Numbered from the stretch's first letter, positions 8,801 to 19,225 are shown. The stretch is 64,000 nucleotides of DNA from an uncultured beta proteobacterium (GCA_963823455.1 CAWGLO010000002.1:590706-654705), one strand, 5' to 3'. The notes: generated from the letters alone by a model not told the origin. Translations and numbers: made by a program.

Positions 8801-11522
8801 TTGTGACACCAGAGGTGAGCAGTTCCGCCAGCGCCGGGAAGTACTCCTTGGTGGCCGGCAGGTCGCCATGCTCGACCGGCATGTACAAGTACTGGCCAAT
8901 CCCGCCGATGCGGCCCGACTCCCAGGTCACCGTGCCGTCGCCGTGCGAGGTGCCGACCATCTTGAGCCGACCGCCCTCCTCGCGCACGCCGCACGGCGTA
9001 TTGCGCCCCACGCCGAACACATAGACGCTCTTCTTCTCGTAATCGGCTGGAAGCGACGGGCGTTGTGTCCCGTCCTGCGACCACAGCCAGGCGGCGGAGT
9101 CGAGCACCGCCTGGGAGGGCTTGCCGACCTTGCCGTTGCCGAACCAGAAGTCCTTGACCCTGGGCTGGAAATCGACCCAGGTCTGTGCCTTCTGGTAGTC
9201 GTAGACGCCCCCGCCGTCGCTCTGGCCCTGGAACATGTCCCTGAAACCGGGTTTGGGCAGCAACTGCAGCGCGCCCCTGAAGCCGGCGACGATGTCGAGT
9301 ACCTCTTGCATGCTGTGCGTCACGTCCAGCCGTACCAGCATGCGCAGCGTGTCGCCCTTGCCGATCAGGTTCTCGACCATCGAGTGCGCGCCCTGGTGCG
9401 GCGTGCCCAGCATCACCAGTCGTGCGCCGTCGCGCGCCATGAGCGCGTCCATCACCGGTCGGCGCTTGTGGATCGCGGCGCGCACCACCAATCCGCCCAT
9501 GCTGTGCGCCAGCAGGCGAATTGGCTGCTGCGTGCGCTTCATCAGCCGGTCGAGAAATTCCCCGAGCCGCTCGCCGAGCGCGTCCAGCGGCTGACGCCAG
9601 TCGTAGGGGAAGCGCTCGACGCGGTGGCTCACTGAGAGCGCCTTACACAGGTCGCCGTAGAGCATGCCGAACAAGTCCTCGGCCTCGATGCCCGGTTTGC
9701 CCCATTCGATCTTGCTCAGGCCGCCGGTCGCGATGTCGGCCGGGTCGAACCAGACGCGGTCCTTCCCATTCCGTTGCAGGTGCGATCCCATCACTCCGGG
9801 CAGCACGACGACCACTGGCCGGTCCGTCGCGAACACGTCACGCGCCGCGGCGGCGAGCGCCGCGGCGTAGTCCTGCGCGCTTGGAAGGGCATGGAATACA
9901 TCGAGCGCGGCCGGGTCGGGTTCGACCAGCCAGTCGCGCAGCGCCGAGCGCGTCCCGACGTTCGTGTAGTAGCGGAAGTGGGAGACGTCGGCACCGCGGT
10001 CGAAGAGCACTCGCGCGCCTGCGCGCGGCGCGATGCCGGCGAGCATGGCGGTGGTGTTGACCACCAGGTCGTTGTCCTCGCGGTCGAAGATCAGCGTGTC
10101 CGTGAGCAGCAGGCCGAGCCGCCTGAGCAGGTTGCCGCCCTGGATGTCCCCGGCGATCACCGACATCGCGAAGCCGGCGCGCACCTGCGCATCGCGCAGC
10201 AGGCGGGCCAGCGGCGAGTCTGGAAGCAGCGCCTCGATGCCGGGAACCAGATGGGGATTGGTGCGGTTCTTCGCGATCTCGATCACGACCCGCTTGAATG
10301 CGGCGTAGTACGGGCTGCCGAAGAAGAACGGCACCTGACCGATCAGCGTGAGCAGACCTGAAAGAAACAGGTCGAAGTTGCCGCTGGCGAGCTTGGTGCC
10401 GTTGGCCGGGCTCGCGGTGCGCACGTAGCGCTGAATGTTGAACTGTTTGTCGCGCAGGACGATGGCCAGCTCGCGAAGCTGCGCCCGGTGCTCGCGGTAG
10501 GCATCGTCGAGCTGCCGGGCCAAGGCCTTGGCAGCGTCGCTATCGGGGTCGGCATCGCCGGTGCCGGGGAGGTTCTTCGGCCGGGCAAAGGCGTCGATTT
10601 GCGCCTCGAAGTCCGTGAGGCACAGCAAGTCCGCCACCAGCCCGCCGCGCGAGTGCGAAACGAGGTTCAGGTGCGCACCCTTGGGCAGCGCACGGGCCAG
10701 GTGCAGGGCGTTCTCAACCGGGCTCTCGGACAGGGTACGATGCTCGAACGCGTAGATACCGCCGGTGAAGTGTCGATCGAGTGCGGACCACAGGTCGCGG
10801 TCCCCGGCGCGCAGCTCGCCGAAGCTGCCCAAAGAACTCGATCCGGTACCATGCACGAAAACCAGCATCGGCAGTTTGTCGGCCGCGGCCTGATCCAGCT
10901 CGTCCTGCCTCGGCGCTTCCAGGTCGTCGGCTTTGCCGCTCGCGCCAACCCAGCGGTACAGGCCTGGCTGCTCGACGAGGCGGCTTTCGATCGCCCACAT
11001 CAGCGCCTTGGTGCCGGCCCAGGTGATTCCCAGCTCAATCGGGGCCAGTCCCTTGTTCTTCAACTCATCGAGGGCGGCGTCGATGATCGGGTCGCTGGTC
11101 TCGCCGGCGACGATGGTGAAGACCTTGCTGACCAGGCCGCCCATCGCCTCGCCCAGACCTCGTCCGGGTGAGGCACCGGCGGCACGCAGTTTCTCGAACG
11201 GGATGGCGCCGTCCTCGATCCAGTCAGGATGGACGCGCTGCAGCGCGTCGAGCAAGCGCGCGGCACTGGTGATCAGGGTACTGCCGTCAGCCAGTTCGAG
11301 CACCACGACCTCGTCGGCCGCCGCCGCATGCTCGTGCGCCGCGGCGCCCTCGGCGCCGCGCGCCGCCGGGCCGACGTCATAGGTGCCGGTAGGACGAAAG
11401 TAGGACGCGGGAAGGAAGGGATCGGCCACCACGCCGGCGGCACGGCTCGCAACGGCGAGCAGCGGCGGCAGAACCGGCGTATCGGCCCGTCCGGTGATCC
11501 TGATCGGGACGGTCTGTGCCAT
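5763..11522 (-). CDS. giant multidomain protein: unknown N-terminus, alpha/beta-hydrolase, LCAT/PGAP1-like lipase, unknown middle region, CHAT protease, helical-repeat tail
   Basis: Motifs VSHSRGG (S291), LLAHSMGG (S674), SHGDGTV (H860), ILHVSAHG (H1422), FLNCCHLG (C1466) and VVAGWAVDD. GAGGAG SD upstream of the ATG at 11522. 1919 aa uninterrupted. Confidence 0.85.
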   Translation of the reverse strand: MAQTVPIRITGRADTPVLPPLLAVASRAAGVVADPFLPASYFRPTGTYDVGPAARGAEGAAAHEHAAAADEVVVLELADGSTLITSAARLLDALQRVHPDWIEDGAIPFEKLRAAGASPGRGLGEAMGGLVSKVFTIVAGETSDPIIDAALDELKNKGLAPIELGITWAGTKALMWAIESRLVEQPGLYRWVGASGKADDLEAPRQDELDQAAADKLPMLVFVHGTGSSSLGSFGELRAGDRDLWSALDRHFTGGIYAFEHRTLSESPVENALHLARALPKGAHLNLVSHSRGGLVADLLCLTDFEAQIDAFARPKNLPGTGDADPDSDAAKALARQLDDAYREHRAQLRELAIVLRDKQFNIQRYVRTASPANGTKLASGNFDLFLSGLLTLIGQVPFFFGSPYYAAFKRVVIEIAKNRTNPHLVPGIEALLPDSPLARLLRDAQVRAGFAMSVIAGDIQGGNLLRRLGLLLTDTLIFDREDNDLVVNTTAMLAGIAPRAGARVLFDRGADVSHFRYYTNVGTRSALRDWLVEPDPAALDVFHALPSAQDYAAALAAAARDVFATDRPVVVVLPGVMGSHLQRNGKDRVWFDPADIATGGLSKIEWGKPGIEAEDLFGMLYGDLCKALSVSHRVERFPYDWRQPLDALGERLGEFLDRLMKRTQQPIRLLAHSMGGLVVRAAIHKRRPVMDALMARDGARLVMLGTPHQGAHSMVENLIGKGDTLRMLVRLDVTHSMQEVLDIVAGFRGALQLLPKPGFRDMFQGQSDGGGVYDYQKAQTWVDFQPRVKDFWFGNGKVGKPSQAVLDSAAWLWSQDGTQRPSLPADYEKKSVYVFGVGRNTPCGVREEGGRLKMVGTSHGDGTVTWESGRIGGIGQYLYMPVEHGDLPATKEYFPALAELLTSGVTSRLLSAPPVSRAIEQPQPVSYDAGPPSADDPDMVGRALLGGSLRNRVPPRRMRRLEVRVQCKDLRFLAQPIMVGHYEQDPIAGPQGLIDRELLAGDLSERHSLGLYAGPIGTATVVLRAPNEAERARGSLRGAVVTGLGGYDGALTPSNLTEAVRAGALRYLLQVIDVLGKDNREVSLAALLLGYNSSANLTVEASVEALVRGVMEANARFYETTRLNIRISRLDIVELYLDTAITAVYALRSLSGRLAAQAEQQHTQLVCSRELDRGEGMRQRLFDSRSASYWPRLIVTAADGEDARGATGQGDAPATALADTLRFLYVGQRARAEAQLQQRQPGLVERLVRQQIHDTVWNEDFGRMLFQLMVPLDFKDAARQLDRVVLVVDGATANLPWELMLADDPQRGDDDKRPFALRMPVVRQLSSTQFRRQVRQNIERTALVIGNPSVNGFAAAFSTPQAKIESDPPDLPGAQAEAESVARLLNAMGYDVKPLIGGATASTVLGALYHRPWRILHVSAHGVFGLRHADGRHRSGVLLSDGLLITAAEVQAMEVVPDVVFLNCCHLGTVDVGRQGNKLAASVSRELIDIGVRCVVVAGWAVDDQGAQRFGETFYQELLQRRRPFGDAVFAARRAVWENNSQDITWGAFQAYGDPAWRAEPRADGVAGADGSPFASPEELLDELARSRADLARRSERMNGRDSRAGVEAIEEMMKSRCPPGWLDVPGLQSALGATWYELGQFDKAREALLRAVQAEDKGGSVPIHDIEKLANVEARLGEQRAREEVRASFESAPAKDRLAKRPVKAGQIRSGASGTESAEALVEGAITRLRMLEGLLAAQGKKPFNPERSALLGSAHKRKANLYALRLLAADRIRTDKATLPADRAKAESLAPSAAQELRAALRESAAAYGRDEGSPGGGQFSSNLALNRLALESLMPQRDEAGQAEAIELARQCRRSAELGFARSPTFWGAVMQAEALLVERLIDGSLGQPGVRAGRIRRRGRSLCPGTRQCDRQAR

Positions 11523-11686
11523 CGGAGGTCTCCTCGTTCTTGTCGGGCCCGTCGGACAACCGCAGCCCGCGCGCTGCGGGCAAATCTAGAGGCAGGTGTG
11601 GGTGTCAGCCGGCACGTATCGCTTGGCCATTTCAACCCCGCGCTTCGATCCCTTGCGGCAGCGCGACGCGATTGCGCCGGCCGGGC

Positions 11687-12589
<903 letters not shown>

Positions 12590-13080
12590 TCTCGCTCTCC
12601 TTCGACTTGGTCGCGCATAGCGCGGACGAACCATAGGCGCGCCGGACCCAGGAAGATCAACGTCCCCCTTATGCTATCAACCGGGAATGTATCGCTGCAT
12701 CATCGAGCGGTCAATCGGACCGGCGCCGCGGAAGTGGTCGCAGCTGACCGGACGATACCGGACCGGTTCCCGAATCATCGCGATACTGCGCTTGATGCAG
12801 TGGTCGTGGTGACGATCCCATATGCCGGGCACGATTATCGGTTTGCAGCACATCGGAATGGCTCGTCCTTTCGGCCGATGCGGGTGATCACCGGGCCGTC
12901 ACGAACTTCGGCTTTCGGGGGCGATGCAGACGCTCAAGTCGTCGCCTGGAACGACACGCGAGCGACCGGAGTTGGCCGCAATCGCCCATCTGGTACGGGC
13001 CGGAGTGGCGAACCCTGGCGGACGGTGCGCGGGGCACACATCGTCCCGACCCTGGCACGGTGGGCCTTGCGCTGCGTGCA

Positions 13081-13479
13081 TCAGCCAGACCGAATGCCAC
13101 TCGCGCGGCCGATCGACAGGAACTCGCCGAGCATGGTGAGCACCCGGCAAACCTTGCAGTCGGAGTCGAAGAAGAACGTTTCCGCAGCGAGCCTTCCGCC
13201 GACACCCTTGTAGTACAGGGTGACGCTGTCTCTCACGAATAGTGTGGTGACGCGCTCGAAGTGCAAATCGGGAATCAAGCGACGTGCGCTGTCCCAATAG
13301 TCGGCTAACGCCGCCTTGCCCCGGAGAATGTCGACAGACTCGCCCGTGACTTCGTGCGTGGCAGGTGCCCATACCTCGAAGTCGTCGGAGACGCGAGAAA
13401 GAAATCGATCCGGATCATGGTTGTTCCATGCCTCGATCCATTCATTCGGGAATTCTCGTACAACCTGTTGATCGATCAT
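13081..13479 (-). CDS. SnoaL/NTF2-like fold protein
   Basis: The pattern EWIEAWNNHDPDRFLSRVSDDFE...LRGKAAL..YW is typical of the SnoaL-like polyketide cyclase/NTF2 family. ATG at 13479. Confidence 0.6.
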   Translation of the reverse strand: MIDQQVVREFPNEWIEAWNNHDPDRFLSRVSDDFEVWAPATHEVTGESVDILRGKAALADYWDSARRLIPDLHFERVTTLFVRDSVTLYYKGVGGRLAAETFFFDSDCKVCRVLTMLGEFLSIGRASGIRSG

Positions 13480-14089
13480 GGATGGCTCCCGCATCTCGGA
13501 AAGTGCTTCGTGGACTTCGCACCGCACAAACCGCCGAGCTTGATTCCTTCAGACTGCCTTCGGCCGACTGCCCGAAACGTCGTCAGGGCTGGGCGCCCAC
13601 CCGCTCGGGGTGAGCGTCCGGCCTCGGCTTGGCGAAACGATGGCGGAGGCACTCCCGACCGGCCCTTGATATCAATGCGCCATGTGGTTGCGCTATGCAC
13701 ACAGCGTGCCACCTGATCCATCTCAAACCTCTGACACGGTGTGCCAGGGGCAATGGCTCGAAGGCGTGAATAGACAGCCGGGGAAAAGCAGTTTGGGGGG
13801 GCGGCCTGAAAGTCGAATGTCCCCACCCAAATTTCCCCGGTCTTGGGGAATTTCCCCACGCCATATACGCCCCAGAATCAACGGCGGAAGGAGCGAGAGT
13901 CAGCACGGCACGGTTCGGCCCCATCGGCCGCCGCTTGTTGTCTAACTGGAGGCCGCCCTCGGGCGATAACCGGCCCTGCGATGGCCATCGTCCCTGACTC
14001 CAAGAAAACGCTCAAGGCGTTGCGATTGACTTTCCGGCCCGGATCTCGTGGCACGGCTGCATCACCCAGGCGCAGCCCAGCGGCACCGG

Positions 14090-14518
14090 TCAATGCTTCA
14101 GTGAAAACGCAGTATCCAAAGCCATGCGCAATCCGTTCTCGTCAACGGTGCCCTCCAGAACGCCCCGACGCGTTCCATCCGGACCAAAGAACACCAGAAT
14201 GCTGTCGTTGACCTGCTGTTCACGGACAAACGCCTTGCCGATTTCCGTGTCGACATCGGCCACCAGCAATTCGACCTTTCCGGCATAGTCCGGGCGGACT
14301 TGATTCAGCGCCGACATCAGGTTCTGGCTGCGTACCGTATTCTTGTTGTGAACGAGTACGGCAACGTTGGAGCCCCGGCCGATCCTGGACAGGTCGTCGC
14401 TGAATCCTTGCGGTAGGCGCGTAATGAAAAAGGCCAGGAACGCTACGGTGGCCGCAATGGCGATCAAGGTGCTGCGCAGCGCGAAGCCGGTCGATGTGCG
14501 ATTCATTGCTTCGGCCAT
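14090..14518 (-). CDS. membrane-anchored thioredoxin-fold-like protein without a CXXC motif
   Basis: One N-terminal TM segment (LIAIAATVAFLAFFI) followed by a thioredoxin-like beta-alpha pattern (VAVLVHNKN...LLVADVD...ILVFFGPDG). No cysteines. Confidence 0.45.
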   Translation of the reverse strand: MAEAMNRTSTGFALRSTLIAIAATVAFLAFFITRLPQGFSDDLSRIGRGSNVAVLVHNKNTVRSQNLMSALNQVRPDYAGKVELLVADVDTEIGKAFVREQQVNDSILVFFGPDGTRRGVLEGTVDENGLRMALDTAFSLKH

Positions 14519-14536
14519 GTCCTACACCGACTGCGA

Positions 14537-14851
14537 TCAACGTTGGTCTGCATCGTCGCGCGAGTCCTCTCGGATCACTTCTCCCTCGATCACGCGCTCG
14601 GCCGCGGGCCGCTCGCGCATCTGCTCCCGGATCTGCCTGCGAAGATCCCTCGTCTTCCACCACAGGTAACCCAAGACCAACAACCCGCCGGTCACCACGA
14701 TCGCGAACACCAGCAACGAAAACATGAACCCCGCGACCAGCAACACGGCACCCACTGCAATCGTCACGACCGTGACCAGAAATCCCGGTGCATGAACGGG
14801 ACGGCTGCCGTCACCCCCCGCGAGTCGCGGTCGTTCCTCCTCCATTCGCAT
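14537..14851 (-). CDS. small two-TM membrane protein
   Basis: ATG at 14851 was verified in the DNA. Two hydrophobic helices (FLVTVVTIAVGAVLLVAGFMF, LLVFAIVVTGGLLVLGYLWW) and a charged tail. It lies directly upstream of 14090-14518. Confidence 0.45.
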   Translation of the reverse strand: MRMEEERPRLAGGDGSRPVHAPGFLVTVVTIAVGAVLLVAGFMFSLLVFAIVVTGGLLVLGYLWWKTRDLRRQIREQMRERPAAERVIEGEVIREDSRDDADQR

Positions 14852-15391
14852 CCCGTTCCTTCCCTCAGGTCCCGGCGCAACCGGGTGTGGCGCGCATCGT
14901 ACCGTATTGGCGGCCGGCGGGATGGCTTGGTTTCCCCGACGACCGGCACACACGCAATCGATACGACCCTCAGCGCAAGCGCCGGACCCTTCGAATCCTT
15001 CAGTAGCGGCGCGCACCGCCGCCGGCAACGCGCGTTGGTGCGCGTCACAATCCGGGAGAAAGGGACGCAACCAATTCAGCGGCGTGCCGCCCGCAAGCCA
15101 TGCTGCCGGTCCTCGCCCTCTTGGCGGCGCTCGAAGTCCTGCGGGAAAGCGAACAACTCCACGACGCACGTGGTGGCACGTGTAGCCGACATCGTCGGCG
15201 GACGCACGGATCACAAGGAACGCAGTGCGCCGCAGCACTATGCAGGGCATTGACTCGCTGTCCCGTTATCGTGTCCAATGCGCGCAGCGACACGCTTCAA
15301 GATGTGAGAACGATGGTGAATGCCCGTTGTTTCGTTCTTGATGTCGGGCCGTAAGGGGATTCTCCCGGACAACCTTCAACAGGAAACGACA

Positions 15392-15595
15392 ATGGCAACT
15401 GGCAAGGTCAAGTGGTTCAATGATGCAAAGGGTTTCGGTTTCATTACGCCGGACGGCGGCGGCGAGGATCTGTTCGCTCACTTCTCCGCGATCCAGGCGG
15501 GCGGCTTCAAGTCGCTCAAGGAAGGGCAGACGGTGTCCTTCGACGTGACGACCGGTCCCAAGGGCAAGCAGGCGTCGAATATCAAGCCCGAGTAA
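15392..15595 (+). CDS. cspA: cold-shock protein, CspA family
   Basis: [34 protein letters not shown] (RNP1/RNP2 motifs), 67 aa. Confidence 0.95.
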   Translation: MATGKVKWFNDAKGFGFITPDGGGEDLFAHFSAIQAGGFKSLKEGQTVSFDVTTGPKGKQASNIKPE

Positions 15596-15610
15596 GCCTC
15601 CCGCCAAGCC

Positions 15611-15645
15611 CAGGAGCCCCGGCAAGCCGGGGCTCCTGCATTTGC
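15611..15645 (+). terminator. probable intrinsic terminator of cspA
   Basis: Perfect 12-bp stem CAGGAGCCCCGG / CCGGGGCTCCTG with loop CAAG, then CATTTG, 16 nt after the stop. Confidence 0.6.
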
Positions 15646-15985
15646 GCGCGGTGTAAGCTCGGCTTCCGGGAACAGACAGGTCACGCACCTGACCTGGATA
15701 TCAACACCCAAAGGGTTTTGATCGGCAGCGCGAAGCCTGGCTGCCAAGTCCCGTTCGAGATCGTCGGTTGGCTCCCTTAACCAGGCCGGCAGACGCTCCG
15801 CCCCGTCCCGAGCGACTGCCGATTCGATGTCGCGCCGCGCTAAGCAGTGTGTTCAAGGTGGCCGGGACAGCAAGCCGGTACGGCAGTTTAGCGGATGCCG
15901 CCGGAGTTGGAACTCACCCGGGACAGCATGGGAACGGCCGCAGCATTCGGGAATAATGACCCTTTGCGGTGAGGGGAGCACAATC

Positions 15986-16423
15986 ATGAGGGCCTCAGGA
16001 AGGACGCGGCGGTCGTACATGCGCCATCCGAGTGGGATTCCGATCGAGATCACCGCCGCAACCGGCGCCGATGCAGGGCGGCGCAGGCTCAGGGATGTCG
16101 GCCTCGGCGGGCTCGCCTGCGAGTCGGCTCAACCGCTTCCGCCCGGAGCCATGGTGAGCGTGCGCATCCCCATTGTGTTCCCGCCGTTCGAGACGCGCGC
16201 CCGTGTCGTCTGGTGCCAGGGACGCGGTGCCGGCTACGAGCTGGGGATGCAGTTTGTCGCCCCCAGGGACGCCTACGCGGCACGCATGGTCGAGCAAATC
16301 TGCCACATCGAGGACTACCGCAACCGTGTGCGCGAAATCGAAGGCCGGGCGCTCGACGCGGAGCAAGCGGCGCTGGAATGGATCAGCAAATATGCGGATG
16401 GATTTCCCGGCTCGCAGGCATAG
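15986..16423 (+). CDS. PilZ domain protein
   Basis: RRSYMRHP...(RxxxR) and D/NxSxxG-like DVGLGGLACES motifs typical of PilZ. Start chosen at the internal ATG 15986 and is uncertain. Confidence 0.65.
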   Translation: MRASGRTRRSYMRHPSGIPIEITAATGADAGRRRLRDVGLGGLACESAQPLPPGAMVSVRIPIVFPPFETRARVVWCQGRGAGYELGMQFVAPRDAYAARMVEQICHIEDYRNRVREIEGRALDAEQAALEWISKYADGFPGSQA

Positions 16424-17053
16424 GGTTCGCCGCAATCCCGGATTCCGCCGAAGTAGCGCAGCAGCCGGTGCGACTGTCGAGCCACACTGTCCCGGCTAGC
16501 GATGGAATAGCAGTGAAGGCCGAACCGCGGGAGACCACCTACACCGTGTCAGAGCAGAGACCCCGGTCGCCCAACCGCAAGCCTACTTGTGCGAAGATCT
16601 CCTGGCGGTGCACGATGGCGCCTTGCAGGCACTCGCCGGTCGGTCGTCTCGATCATCGCCAGTTCCACTCTGGCAACGTCAACAGTGTTCCTGCTCTCGT
16701 CTCCTCCAACCAGTGCCGTCATGCCGGCGAGTCGTATGACGTGATGTTCTCTCCTATGCACTGCAGACGCGTACGATGCGAGACAGATCCCGGGCAGACG
16801 GTCGAGTTCGTGCGAGGCGTGATCAGATTTCCACGCATGGTGTCCGGCAGGAACCCCCCAGCTCGGTAGTGGCAACTGACCACGTCGATGCCGACGCTTG
16901 CGCTATCACCGATGAATCGGTCACCGTTCGCGGGGGCCGGCCCTGCGGGCGAACGTTGCACCGGGATTGCTGCGGCGCACTGGAAGACGGGTCGTCTCCT
17001 TCGTGGTGACGCATAGCCTAACGGCTGGGCGGCCGAGCGAGCCCCGGGGCCTT

Positions 17054-19225
17054 TCATGGCGGTGCGGCTGCGTATATCTTGTGCACGTACTCGTCCAGCA
17101 TACGCGTTGCGCAGAACCGCGGTCCTATGGTGCGCAGGGATGCCTTGATGCGCGCGATCCAGCCGCGCGGGATGCCCGCGGCATCGCGGTCGTAGAACAA
17201 GGGTATGACTTCCCTTTCCAGCAGCTCATACAAGGCTGCCGCGTCGCGGGCATCCTTGAACGCGGCGTTGGCATCCTCCGTGCCGTCGATTGCCCAGCCG
17301 TTGCTGCCGTCGTAGGCTTCGGCCCACCAGCCATCGAGCACGCTTAGGTTCAGCACGCCGTTGAATGCGGCTTTGATGCCGCTGGTGCCGCTCGCTTCCA
17401 GGGGCGGCCGCGGCAGGTTGATCCAGACGCCGCACCCGTTCGTCAGAATGCTTGCCAAGCCCATGTCGTAATCCTCGAGGAAGGCGACCCGGCCGCCGAG
17501 GCGCGGGTCGGACTTCAGATTGAACATGCTGACCAGGACGCGCTTGGCGTCGTCATCCCGGGGGTGAGCCTTGCCGGCGAACAGCAGCTGTATGGGGTGG
17601 GGCGCCTCCAGCAGGCGCAGCATCCTGTCCGGATCCTGGATCAGGAGATGAAGCCGCTTGTAGGTCGCCAGCCGGCGTGCGAATCCCAGCGTCAGCACCT
17701 CGCGATCGAAGGTGTTGGCGGCCTTCCTGGCGTACTGCATTGCATCGCCGCGCGTGAGCCGGTCGGTCACGGTCTTGGACTTGACCCAATGCTCCAGCCA
17801 TTTCGCGTACTCCTGCCGCACAGCCCACAATCGTTCGTCTGGGATCTTGTCAACGCCGTTCCACGTGGCGGGGTCGGTGACCCGCTCCTGGGCATGCCAG
17901 CCTGGTGCGAGGTAATCATCCAGGAGACGACGCATGAGCGGAGATATCCAGCTCGGCAGGTGGACGCCGTTGGTGACGTGAGTGATAGGTACCTCTTCGG
18001 CAGAGCGGCCGGGAAACAGCCCCTGCCACATGCGTCGCGAGATGCCACCATGGATCTTGCTGACGCCGTTGGTCGAGCGGCTCATGCGCATCGCGAGGGC
18101 GGTCATGCCAAAGGGTTCGTCGCGACTGGCGGCGTTGAAACGACCCAGCGAGAGGAAACGTTCCATGTCGCTGCCCAGTCGCCGCGACAGGTCGGGGAAA
18201 ACCGTAGAAATCTCGTCGACGGAGTAGGCCTCATTGCCTGCCGGCACGGGGGTGTGGGTGGTAAAGACGACTCGTCGGCGCACCTTCTCGCGGGCTTCAT
18301 CGAAGCTCGCGCCGTGCTCCATCTCCTGGGCGATCAGCTCCATCGTGGCCGCGGCCGGGTGCCCTTCGTTCATTTGGATGAGGGACGGGGCAATCCCCAA
18401 TGCATCCAGGACGCGTATTCCGCCAATGCCGAGCAGTGCATACTGGGCCAGGCGAATCTGACGATTGCCTTCATAGAGGCGAGCGGTGACGAAGCGCTGG
18501 CGCGGCGTGTTCTCGGGCACTTCGGCGTCGAGGAGAAAGAGCGGGACTCTTCCAACTTCGACCCGCCATACGCTGACCGACACGTCCTCGTCCCAGATCG
18601 GTACCTTGACTGTGAGCGGACGGCCGTCCTCGCGCGTGATCATGACGCACGGGCGGCGCTCGGGATCGGTTTCGTACCAGTACTCGTGCTGCCAGCCCCC
18701 GGCATCGACACGCTGGTGGAAGTAGCCCTTCCGGTACATCAGTCCGACGCCGACCATCGGCAAGGCCCGATCCGACGCTTCCTTCAAGATGTCGCCAGCC
18801 AAGACGCCGAGGCCGCCCGAATAGACTGGCAGAGAGCGATGCAGACCAAATTCGGCGCAGAAGAATGCGATGGGGTGTTCCAAAGAGGCCCCCCCGTCCT
18901 CGCGCGGCGATCGCGCCAGTTGCTCCTCCAAGGCATCGCGCAGGGCCTCCGCGCGCGCAACCAGCGACAGGTCCGATGCTGCCCGTTCCAGCGAATCCTG
19001 AGATGTTTCGTGCAGAAATCGCACCGGATTCTGTCGGCACAAACGCCAGCGGTGGCTGTCAACGGCGCGAAACACCCGCTCACCGTCCGGGTGCCAAACC
19101 CAATGGAAGTTGTAGGCGGCCCGCGCCAGCGGCGCGAGCCGCGCAGGAATGTAGCGGGCGAGCGCCTGCGCCGCCCGCCGCACGTCCTTTGCGCCGTTCC
19201 CGACGCCTTCGTTTCTCTCGTGCAT
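17054..19225 (-). CDS. glgP: alpha-glucan phosphorylase (GT35, maltodextrin/glycogen phosphorylase type)
   Basis: The pattern NFHWVWHPDG..., FFCAEFG, SGGLGVLAGD, TNGVH and ASGTSGIKAAFNGVLNLS matches the alpha-glucan family phosphorylase. The track ORF runs to 19318; the ATG at 19225 is preferred. Confidence 0.85.
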   Translation of the reverse strand: MHERNEGVGNGAKDVRRAAQALARYIPARLAPLARAAYNFHWVWHPDGERVFRAVDSHRWRLCRQNPVRFLHETSQDSLERAASDLSLVARAEALRDALEEQLARSPREDGGASLEHPIAFFCAEFGLHRSLPVYSGGLGVLAGDILKEASDRALPMVGVGLMYRKGYFHQRVDAGGWQHEYWYETDPERRPCVMITREDGRPLTVKVPIWDEDVSVSVWRVEVGRVPLFLLDAEVPENTPRQRFVTARLYEGNRQIRLAQYALLGIGGIRVLDALGIAPSLIQMNEGHPAAATMELIAQEMEHGASFDEAREKVRRRVVFTTHTPVPAGNEAYSVDEISTVFPDLSRRLGSDMERFLSLGRFNAASRDEPFGMTALAMRMSRSTNGVSKIHGGISRRMWQGLFPGRSAEEVPITHVTNGVHLPSWISPLMRRLLDDYLAPGWHAQERVTDPATWNGVDKIPDERLWAVRQEYAKWLEHWVKSKTVTDRLTRGDAMQYARKAANTFDREVLTLGFARRLATYKRLHLLIQDPDRMLRLLEAPHPIQLLFAGKAHPRDDDAKRVLVSMFNLKSDPRLGGRVAFLEDYDMGLASILTNGCGVWINLPRPPLEASGTSGIKAAFNGVLNLSVLDGWWAEAYDGSNGWAIDGTEDANAAFKDARDAAALYELLEREVIPLFYDRDAAGIPRGWIARIKASLRTIGPRFCATRMLDEYVHKIYAAAPP

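Noticed and set aside
5763-11522. Giant ORF as an RHS/YD-repeat toxin, NRPS/PKS or RTX/adhesin
   Set aside because: It has no YD repeats, condensation/adenylation/KS motifs, Gly-rich nonapeptides or Ig-like tandem repeats. The recognisable motifs are serine-hydrolase and CHAT.
16424-17053. Possible degraded gene between the PilZ gene and glgP
   Set aside because: Minus-strand ORFs 16549-16875 and 16719-17057 can be joined with a frameshift, but the product resembles no family I recognise. It is left unannotated.
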